Part shown: piece by piece, positions 51,281-61,561 of the stretch
Position numbering within the stretch: position 1 is the first letter of the stretch
How the letters are laid out: each line of letters begins with the position of its first letter
NCBI GenBank assembly: GCA_030704615.1
Contig: CM060734.1
Span: 18,662,001-18,726,000 of the forward strand
From: Takakia lepidozioides
Taxonomy: Eukaryota > Plantae > Bryophyta
Direction: 5' to 3'
DNA: 64,000 nt
Notes under the pieces: generated by a model
What the model was told of the DNA's origin: nothing
What the model saw: the letters and a program-made list of their open reading frames with translations, nothing else
The model's database searches: none
Made by a program: the position numbers and the translations under genes

Positions 51281-53181
51281 CAACAGATGGCCAGGGCGGG
51301 ATTGCCCCCTCCCAATTTCCGTGGTTTCATGGCGGACAACGCACAAGCAAATTGGGCTGCCATCCGAAGGGTGTACGGGGAAGACCCCAATGTTCCGATG
51401 GAAGGCAAGGAGAGATCTTGTGGGTTCCATTTTTTGCAGAGCTTGTCGCAGTACACAACCCGACTCGTGGCGCCAGATTTCAGAGAGGAGCACTGTTCCA
51501 TGTGTCTTGCGTGGAAGCGTGCTCCCACCTTGGATGATGCATAGACACAGTTTGCATGTATACGGGCTTGGTGGACAACGTCAGGTGCTATAAAGAAATC
51601 AGACGAGGGAGCAATGGTCAGTTGGCTAGTATGGTGGCATTATCGTTTCCTCCAGTTCGGCGACTATATGCAGGAGGTGAGTTGGACGAATTCACGTCCC
51701 GTTCAATATCATGCTAGTCATTATTTGTAACTTGCTTGTAACCTCAACATGTGCATGTGCAGGAAATGTGTCTGGACTCCGACACCGACATGCCGACAAC
51801 AAACATGGCCGAATCAGTACATTCTTCCTGGCGTGCCTCCTCTGCGGCGCATCTGGTGGACATCCTCACTGTCACAACGGAGGACATTGTGAGGTCAATT
51901 ATGCAGCAATGCAGGTACAACAAGTTCTTGAAAGGGAAACAGCGGGGCTTGGGGCCGGACAGGCAGGAAATGCTGATGCGGACTGCCTCCAGATCGAAGA
52001 ATCCTCGCAAGTGGGCGGCAGCCTTGCGAGAGGGCCTTCGGGACATGCCATTGCTTCGAAGAGGCCAACACTTGGAAGGAGATGTTCACACCCGTCCAGT
52101 GAGACGAAGACTTGACGAGGCACCTGGCGGAGAAGAAGATTCATGGCGAGCTGACAAGAATATTCGCACGCTACCTCGTGGTCCCGTGATGTTGCCCGAG
52201 GAGGTCTCGTCGAGCACCGCAAGTCCTGCACGTTCAAGATCGCCATCTCCTTTGAGCACAAGGCACGTGTCCGAGGAACATAATGAGCCATCTGTAGTAA
52301 CGTAGTACAACATACCCATTGTGGAGACAAGAGTGTCGGAGTCACAGTGGAGAATTGCAAGGACATTGCCGGCATTTTGAGGGAAGTGCTGCACCATCCG
52401 GGTGGATACGAGAGCACGCTGTGATGAGATGATTCGGAGGAACCCACACGGTGCTGTACCTGCACCTTGTTTCAGCAGCAGATTTTTTACTCCCACATTC
52501 TCTCACGCCACAACGCAGACGTTTTGGTTCTGTAGGCACGACATAATGACCTGTGTATTTGGCAAGCCCAAGTACGGGATTTAGGGAATGCCGGAGCCTC
52601 TGGGCGTCTGGCCTGTTGCACCGGGTTGCAACCTCTCTCAGAATGAGGCGGATGCTATTTCTGCAGCAGGATTTTGAATGGTGCAGCGCACAGACGTCCC
52701 GGCCCACTCGTTTACAGTTCCTCAGACCCAGCCATTGCAGACTGCTTGGTCCAGTAGAGACGGATTGGACAATTCTGCACATCCCACAATGCAATTCGAA
52801 AGAGTGAAGAGACGACACCCTCCCAACAAGTTGAATGAGACTCGGATTGCCAATGCTCTTGGGATGGCTTGCACTATTCAGAGCTCCGTGGACGTACCCC
52901 CACCCGGCCTTGGGCGTGTTTATCAGATGGCAACGGCCGGCTCAATTGTACGCGACGACGTATACACAATTACGATTGGAGTGGAGCCGACTTGCAATTG
53001 TACAGACTTCTCGTTGATGGAAGCAAAGAAGAGGTCAAAGTATTATCCGTGCAAGCATCTGTATTACATTTACCTAAAGAGGTTGAGGATGAACTTGACT
53101 ATTGATGACTTTATTCATGCACCAGCGTTGAGCGTGAACGAACTGCACAAACTCCTCTGCCGGGATTCCATAAATCATTGA
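51281..53181 (+). mobile_element. Mutator-like (MULE) DDE transposase with SWIM zinc finger, 5'-truncated pseudogene; intron ~51677-51762
   Basis: Motifs FRGFMADNAQANW, SCGFHFLQS (CxxH) and TTNMAESVH are present, plus the SWIM finger PTCNCTDF..PCKHLYYIY. It contains stops and frameshifts. Confidence 0.8.
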
Positions 53182-53989
53182 TGGGGCAAAGGGAATCCAC
53201 CATATGGATATTTGCAATTGCATTTTGATGCATTAGACTTTGTTTTGCAGTGTAATGAATTGCACCCCAAAACTCCTGGAATGAGACAGACAATATTAAA
53301 GTGATGTCTTTTAAACACTATGGACTGCTGGATATCCGTTGACGTCCAGTGGCAATTCAATGTCGAAACAGAATCAATACAAAGATGGCGGTAGGAAAAA
53401 TTTGCAAATCTTCCAGAAAACTGAGTTCCAACAATTGCAGTTGAGGGGGCCATTTCTGGAAAAATGACGCCGAATATCCCTATTTTGGGCCGAAAACTGG
53501 CTAAGTCCCAACATGTACGGGAACGATGTCTGGAAAAATGGCGCCGAATTTCTAGTTACATGGCCCAGAACTGCCCAACATTTGTGCAATGCCCAACACT
53601 ATGTACCCAAATTCGGCGCCACATTTCCAAATTTTGGGCTTACACTTCAATCAAGTTGTGATCTATATCCGCGAAATTCGGCACCATTTTTCGCCGGAGA
53701 CACCTATTACCGCGCAATACGTCGCCGATTTCTCCGCTTGCGGAACCTATTACCGCGAAATTCGGCGCCATTTTTGCAGATGTCACTCGGAATTCGCATG
53801 AGCGGAAGACGAAATATCATGAGCACTGCTCTCAAAACTACAATTTATACTTCAAACAATGAATATTATATTGTTGTTGTTGCTTTTTGTTTTTTGTTTT
53901 TTTTACACATTCCATTAAAATAATATTTTTAATGTTTTTTATTTCCAGAATTTGTACTTCTGCTCATGAAAACCGATTGTCTTACTATG

Positions 53990-54654
53990 CCGCTCATGCC
54001 GCTCATGCTCATGAAATAACTAACCTCCTAAAATCCACTCTCACACGCAAAGCACACAAACAAGCCTCAGCCTCTACTAGCCATACCAAAGCCCATATCC
54101 AAAAATGGACACAATCTACAATTCTTCACCATAAATTGTCAAACTACTTCTGGCACACCAAGACTATCACTGACGCACGAATACGACAAACACTCAAATT
54201 TTGTTATGCCCAATACGTGGGACTCCAAAGCACATCTTCTGGCCCCAACTGCCCGTTATGCTCACATACACATACAATACGTGACACCTGGCCCCACCTC
54301 CTCAGTCAGTGTACTCACCCCATTATACATGGTCTCCGCGTCACTCCCCATAATCACGCAGTTTGGCATTCCATAAACTTCTCATGTCCAGATCAGAAAC
54401 CAGATAATTCTCACTCATCAATGCTGGTACCTACCAAGGCCGACCCCCTGACCACACTGTCCCTCACTGGATACTTCCGTGTACTTGTCATCACTCACCC
54501 TGTACCTGTCCCTCTCGCTCTGCCCAGATATCCTACTTACAGTCCAAGGCTTACCCATCAATGCCCCCCTATCCACCTCCTTCCCCATAACTCAACATTC
54601 ACTTCGTTGAATTCACATACTGTCATGACCAATACCCAGCCCCCTCCACCCTAG
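53990..54654 (+). mobile_element. Non-LTR retrotransposon C-terminal fragment with zinc knuckle and restriction-like endonuclease (Dualen/RandI-like)
   Basis: It reads CPLC..DTWPHLLSQC..HNHAV, then after frameshifts TVPHWILPCTC..PDIL..HFVEFTYCHD. Confidence 0.7.
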
Positions 54655-55000
54655 AGAAACGACGTCTTTGTATTCAAGTACATCTCTAGTGTACCTGAAG
54701 CACCCCTGCGTTTTTTATTTATAAAGTACTTACTATTTCTATTCTCGTTCTGAACCCTCCAAGTTGTTGTTGATGTGCTGTGTTGATCACGAGAGATCTC
54801 CCGTCCTTTTATTGTGGTATCGCATTTGTCATATTGACAATGTGAATTATCCATTTTGGTGGTCTTGTTCTTTGCTGATCACGGGAGATCTCCCGTCCCT
54901 GAATTGAGACATACCTCGATACGGGTCTGAAAGACCGTTCTGTTGGTTGTATTTTGATGTTTATATTAACGGGGTGTTCTTATGTTGATTGTGCTGCCAG

Positions 55001-58000
55001 AACACAGATTCCAAAGGAATCAATCACTGTGATGAGCGTTGACATTGCCGGTTCCTTCATATACCCACACCTTGAAGGATTCACAATAAATCATCAGGGC
55101 TTCTACGAGCTAAAGAGGAGTATCGACTACCTAGGGTATCAACGTTGCGGACTCCCCAAACCCAGAGAAAGCAGTCTTCCGTTACCAGATCGGTGCGGAA
55201 ATGAAAACACTTTTGTGCTATGATGTGGTGGGAATAGAAACGGAGGACTTGGTGAGGGATAACAGAGTTACCCTTGCTGTGTTCATCCGTGAGAACAGGC
55301 GGAAAAGAGAGAAGGTATTTGGATTCTCCGTTGATGCCATGAGTCTGAGTAGTGATCTGATGGGATTCGCGATTTGGCTGGGATTCAGGGTCCCTATTGT
55401 TGAAGACGACTTGGAGATGGAAATACTCAAGAGCTAGGAATACCTTGACAAAATTCTCTACAATAATACCAATGAGAGACAACAATTGGAGGTACAACGA
55501 CTCCAATCGGAGCAAAAGCAGTTGGAGGACACAAAGAAGAAACCAAAAAAAGCAAGAAAGCCAAAGGAAGGAAATGGAGATGATGACGAAGAAGAGGGGG
55601 GAAGAAAACGACGAAAGACCATCAATATCGTGAATAGCCAAGAAAAGAGGCACCTGAAGACTGACGAGATTTTTGACCTGGATGAGGCGAAGAAGGTCGA
55701 GAAGACTCTCATTGAGCAATACCAGGATATATTCCCGTTTGAATTTGACTACGTCCAGGAAGTGGACATCAACCGCTGTTTTCTGGCCCCACAGCATATG
55801 GCATATCGACCACTCTGTGAGAAGCACAAGCTAGAGATAAAATCAAGGCTAGTTGCGTACAACCTAATTGCTTAAAAAATGCCTGTTTACTTGTTGCCAC
55901 GACACAAGACCGAGCCCACGAAGGTGTGGAGCAAGAAGCCCATCAATGAGCACGAACTACAGAAGGCAACATATTTTATTATCGGAGGCCAACACACATT
56001 GATGGCAGCCCAGGTCAGGGGAGGTCTCCCGTGCTAACTCACCTTTACGAAATTCTACTTATTATTTGACCACGTATTTGTCCACTATCCATTGTCCATT
56101 GGCTCTCTTCTAATGCTAATCAACTGAAGTGTGATGATTGTAGAGCTTGTGGGGGATCCGGCACTGAGTAATGATGTGCTGATAAAATCGCTACGTACAT
56201 GGCCTGCTAAGATAGTGTACTCGACGGATGAGCTTTGACTGGTGACTATCTCCAAGGTTCTGAACAAGCCGAACAAGGTACGAACCGTCTTTCTATGAGA
56301 AGGTCCGTCACTGCAGAAAATATTACAATTGCAAGGAGCGGCCCCAGAAGTATGATGAGCATCGTCGGGTCGAGACTCAGCAGTGGAAGGTGAGTGTGAC
56401 CACAGGAGGTCTCCCGTCCTTTCTTTCCATTCATCTATCACTGCAGCAATGCAATGGATGTCTACATTATAGTTGATCCCTATCCAATTTCTTCGCCAAC
56501 ACACCAGCAACCACATTCGTTGTCCCAACACCTTCTCTTCCGTTGAGGTCATCTGGGATGTGTTCTGTTTTGTTTTGCGGTGCTTCTCTCTTTCTCCAAT
56601 CTGGTGACATTCTCGATCTGGAAGAGATCCACACACGTGTATAGAAATCCTTAACAATCCAAATGACCATCAAAATTTGAAGTTGGGGATGAGGCTTCAC
56701 GATATGATGGTCTCTTGGTTATTTAAGGGTTTCTGTACATAGGTGTGACTCTGTTCTAGGTCGAGAATGTCTCCAGAAGGAGGACATGGAGAAGCAACGC
56801 AATACAAAGCAGGAGACACCCCAGAAAGAATGACCAATTGACCAATTGACAACATCCTCTTGGTTGGTTTAAATTAGGAAAAAATATATATATATGACGC
56901 CTCCCGAAGGGAGCGTAACTTATGGTGTCTCTTCACCACAAGGGCTACTGCCTTCCAGCTGAAAGGTGGACACCTTCATGACACACCAGACCGTGGTTTG
57001 AACGCACAACCACATCCAACGTGGTATGTGCCCATTACCACTGGGCTACATGCTGGTTGTCGGTTTAAATCAGCAGTTGAAGATGTTGGTAGGAAGTTAG
57101 CTAGAAGTGTTTGAAGTGCTGGAGTTAGCTGGAAGTCAGCCGGAAGTGTTGGCTGAATGTGAAAGCTAGCAAAAGAGACCTCCTGTGGTAGTTAACTATA
57201 CTTGCTGGTATATGCAGGATTTCATGGTCGGAGCTCAAACCATTCTGGATGTGAAAAGCGACAAGGAGGCAATGCCACTTGTGTTCACCTCCGATCGGAC
57301 CTGGAATTACTGGACAAGAGTGTTCATAAGATGGGAGAAGGGCGAGCTCATTGACCCCAAAGGGAATATTCCCATGAAGGAGCAGCCAGCGCTCAAAAAA
57401 TCTAGCGTTGCTCGACTGCAGGGTTTGGACGACAGCCAGATTTGGAAGGTTGCCACCATGTTACTCAAGAACAAAGTGTCGATGCGTCATCCATACATTG
57501 GGACTGACCCCGATGTTCTGAGTCTCGAGGATTATTGCAAATACAAGAAGTTGAGGAGGCACATTATTGATGATATCATGGTCGGTTTTGGATTTAAGGA
57601 GCCGACGAAGGACAACCGACATCCATACACAAAGGCTGAATGGACCACCATCAAACATAAGTACGAAATCAACAAGGCCCAGTTTGTGCAGTTTAAGAAT
57701 GCTCTCGGGAACCCCTACCTTCACGCGAAAATGAAGGCAATGACGGGAAAGCAGAAGCAACCACTCCAATTTCTGAATTTAATTCAAGCCGTGAAAACGC
57801 TTGCAGAGACTCCCCGTGGTTCGCTGGATAGATTTTACAGTGTGTGCGAGATTGGAAACAAGGCTCGAGAGATTGGTACGGTGGCAATGTTCGCCACAAA
57901 AGCATTTGAAGTTGTTTCGCTCATCATGATCAGCACATTGAATGAGCATCCAGACAAGATCGAGCCTTGGACGGAGAATGAGCTCGCCGACCTCTACAAT

Positions 58001-58468
58001 GGATCAAGAAAAATCAGGACCAACGTATTCTGTGTCATCACGATACTGATAGCTCTCGTGAGCTGATAGCGTACATTCAATCCTCAAAGAGGAAATTCCT
58101 TATAGAGACTAGCTTCTACATTCCATCGAAGAGAGAGATTTTTTTTCAAGACAAGTAATTTTGAGACTCCAGTCGTTCATTTCCATTTCATTTTTCCGAT
58201 GGCAGAGGCGGAGTGGGATGACGTGGACGAGGTCGTGCGGAGGAGCATCACAGCCGACGATCGATACATCCCAAGAGTGCTACGTACAGAGGCGGAAGAA
58301 TCTGAAAATCCTCTGCAAAGTTGCTACTACAATAATGAGATCCGATCATCGGCCGTCGACCAGGTCCTTGAGACCTTCTGTCCGGAGGGCTCTTCCATTG
58401 TCAATGTGTATTGTGGCGGGATTGTCACATACTCGCTTATAGCAAGAACGTACAAACTCAACTCATAA
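55001..58468 (+). pseudogene. Spliced, decayed TE-associated gene with ParB/Srx-like motif and weak C-terminal methyltransferase-like segment
   Basis: One frame runs through single stops from 55201 to 56013 (..YRPLCEKHKLEIKSRL..MPVYLLP..YFIIGGQHTLMAAQ|GT). Further exons lie at ~56142-56389 and from ~57218 onward, ending VLETFCPEGSSIVNVYCGG. Confidence 0.6.
56878..57061 (-). mobile_element. Full-length tRNA-derived SINE (~184 bp) with (TA)n/T tail
   Basis: It has an A box TAGCCCAGTGG (57048-57038), a B box GTTCAAACC (57003-56995) and a 3' stem-loop. The TSD GGTTTAAAT(T/C)AG is at 56866-56877 and 57062-57073. Confidence 0.88.
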
Positions 58469-58499
58469 TTTTACTTATTGTAAACCCCCATTATTACCG

Positions 58500-60200
58500 T
58501 GCTAGGGACAGTAACAGATGATATAGGGAGATCTCCCATCCTCCATTGACGGGAGATCTCCCTTCCTAGCCATGACAGGAGACCTCCCGTCCTCCTATTG
58601 ATCACAATACTGATACCCAGATGATTAGAGGATTTTCCCGAGTGCGTCCGTATTCTTACAAAGTGATACACAAGACTTTCGGTAACACACTGGCGATGTT
58701 ATCGAAGATCTTGCGTATTACTCTGTAAGCATGGCAATGCACATACGGGAAGTACGTCTCTGCTTGTGAATGTTGTGTCATTGCTTCAAATGATGATGGG
58801 TTGAAAGTGTTTGTGGACAGAAGTCCATTGACGGGAGATCTCCCGTCGTCCGTTTGGCGGGAGACCTCCCGCCCTCTATTTATCATTCTTATCTACGTCT
58901 TAATAGGAACCTCCGGCAGTAACCTCCCGTCCTCCATTTGATAATTCATATCTCTGTTCTGAGATCAACATCGCGCAAGACTAGACTGGCACGAAATAGT
59001 ACTGATACCCAGATGATTACAAGCATTTATTCGAGGACTTTCCCGAGTGCTTCCGTATTCTTACAAAGTGATTAACAAGACTTTAGGTAACACACTGGCG
59101 ATATTATCTAAGATCTTGCAAATCACTCTGTAAGTATGGCAATGCACATGCAGGAAGTATGCCTCTGCTTCTGAATGCTATGTCATTGCTTCAAACGATG
59201 ATGGGTTGAAATTGTGTGTTGGCTTCGTCCAGTGACGGGAGATCTCCCTTTGTCCGTTTAGTGGGAGACCTCCGGCGGTAAATTAAGATAAATTTGGACA
59301 CTAGTGATACCCAGGATTAACCACATTCATTACGGGGATTTCAAGAGTGCCTGAACATACGTACCTTGTAAACCACAATACTTTATGCAACACTGGCAAT
59401 GTTGGATAAGATCTTGTGGTAAACTTGATAAGTATGGCCACACAGAAAACTTGAAGTAATTCCCAGATTGTGAGAGCTCTGATATTGCTTCAGATGATGT
59501 GTTGAAAGTGTGCGTACAAAGTCACCATATTTTCAAGCGATTTTTCGACCTCCTTTGATGGGAGACCTCCCTTCCTTCTTTGACCAGGTTCATCTGTGTC
59601 TTTCACTGTATCCAGTCGTAGAATTTGGATCATTGAAACCTTTCTCCTTTCCGGTCCATTGACCATTCGAGTATTTCAAGATGAACCTCGAGGAGGACGT
59701 GGCTGGCACGACACGCTACTGATACCCAACTGATTAGTAACATTCATGACGGGACATTTGGAGATCAAACTTACCATGTAAACCACAAGACTTTGTGTAA
59801 CATTGGCAATGTTATATAAGATCTTGTGGTTTACTTGATAAGTATGACAAGCCATAATCTTGAAGTAATTCCCAGATTGATTCATTGATGATGGGTTGAA
59901 TGTGTGAGCTGGAAGATTTCCATTGACGGGAGATCTCCCGTCCTTCATTTGATGGGAGACCTCCCGCCCTCCCTTTCACTATCCTTATTTGAGTCTTACG
60001 ATAGATGTCCGGCGAGGCGCACTACCAGATGATTAGCCAGATTCATTCTGAGTGCATGCGCATTCCTACAATGTGATACACAAGACTTTAGGTTAAAAAA
60101 AATGGCGATGTTATCTAAGATCTTGTGGATCAATTTGTGGGCATGGCCATGCTTAGTCTCTGATAATGAGTCCTTTGTTATTGCTTCAAATGATGGGTTT
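58500..60200. repeat. Five diverged ~300-420-bp tandem units punctuated by clusters of the palindrome GACGGGAGATCTCCCGTC
   Basis: The anchor TACTGATACCCAGATGATTA-like motif occurs at ~58608, 59000, 59302, 59717 and 60021. Perfect 18-bp palindromes are at 58830-58847 and 59925-59942. Confidence 0.85.
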
Positions 60201-60281
60201 AATGTGTGAGATGGAATGTATGTACGTACTTATGTGAGATGGAATATTTACAAGGATGTTGTTCCAAATTATATTGATTTT

Positions 60282-60604
60282 TGCCAAGGGCATTCATCAG
60301 CCGGGCATGGCAATGGATTGCGAGACTCGAAGTCGGGTTTGTTTTTGGAGATGGTGCGGGTTTTGCGCCACTTACAGCTTCATCAAGCTGTATCTCCAGC
60401 ATACATCTTGGAGAATGTGCCACTGATGGGCGATTATTGGGCCAGGGTGATGGCCAGTGTGCATCAAGTCCGGTCGTGGCTTGGGTCAGCAGTGTTGCTG
60501 GATGCAGCTGCAGTGGGGTCACGGGCTCATCGTCCACGGCTATGGTGGATTAACTTGATGCCACCTGTACATTTGATGGGGTGCAGCGGCCAACACACCT
60601 CACA
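60282..60604 (+). pseudogene. C5-cytosine DNA methyltransferase catalytic-domain fragment (DNMT3-like, retrotransposon type), intronless
   Basis: It reads CQGHSSAG..GLRDSKSGLFLEMVRVL (motif IV onward), YILENVP (motif VI) and LLDAAAVGSRAHRPRLWWINL (motif VIII). Confidence 0.85.
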
Positions 60605-60660
60605 TGTCGCGCACCTCACTTCGGTAAACTCCCCTTCAAGTCATAGTTACTTGCTTTGAT
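60605..60660 (-). mobile_element. Chromovirus LTR terminal fragment abutting the DNMT fragment
   Basis: TGTCGCGCACCTCACTTCGGTAAACTCCCCTTCAAGTCATAGTTAC matches 62714 onward and the reverse complement of the 41078 LTR end. Confidence 0.85.
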
Positions 60661-61561
60661 GGCCCGCCCCTATTCTTTTTTATTATGTAATGCAAAGTCC
60701 GAATTTTGCAACATAATAATTAATTTCTTTGTGAAATCAAGTGAAATCTTTTAAATTCAATTAAAGACATATTTAATTATTTAATGGTTATTTTAATTTT
60801 AATTTTAATTATCTATATCCGGGTTGATAACCGGCTGGTATTAGATTGGAATACCCACCCTATTGATATCCGTCTGCAAATCAAAAATCATACTACTATT
60901 GAGAACCGGCGGGTATTAAAATTAAAAGCAGTCCCTTTTAGTTGTGTGGTTTCCCGCTATTTCGACTTAAAGCTCTTTCCCCCCACTCTCCTCTTTCTTT
61001 TGTTCAGTCTCTTTTCTCCTCGTTTTTTTCCAGCAAGCTTTAGTCTCTGTTTTGGTTTAGCTCGTTCCTTCATTTCTTGCATCTTGGCAATATGGCTTTT
61101 GGAAACAAATCTCAGTTTAAGGACTCTAGGGAGGCTCGTTTTCCCAGGGGGGCACAGCTGCCTCGCACGAGGCGCCCTCAACCCTCTTCTGGCACGGGGT
61201 TTTATCTTGCGCATCTGGCCCACTCCAGAACTTTCTCGGCTACTGGTGCAATAAGGATTCCTCCTCCCCCCTCCCTTCTCCTTCAACCCTCTCTCTCCCC
61301 CCCAAACTCTCCTCAAAATCCCAAGGTTAAACTCGCCACTTTTGGAGGCTCAGATGGCGCCCCTACCAGGGGATGATTGGATGGAAAAAACACAGATGAA
61401 CCAGGATATTCTGGATCAGGATTATCCTATGATCGCTATAGATATCCCGGATCCGCAAAAAAGGTGGCTGCAATGGAAGAGTTTGGCATCTTGATACACT
61501 TCCCTGGGAAAAAAGTGGACAGGCTTTTGTGCGTGACTGGGCCATACGACATTTGGGGGGC

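Noticed and set aside
51281-51493. N-terminus of minus-strand ORF 50612..51493
   Set aside because: It is antisense to the MULE transposase exon; the ORF spans a junction between two elements.
58500-60200. Palindromic repeats with spacers resembling a CRISPR array
   Set aside because: Spacing is irregular, the intervening sequences are homologous to each other (tandem units), the context is eukaryotic and there are no cas genes.
60957-61560. Lys/Arg-rich ORF and a possible decayed coding fragment
   Set aside because: The ORF is the antisense of a pyrimidine-rich tract, and the + strand fragment has no recognisable motif.
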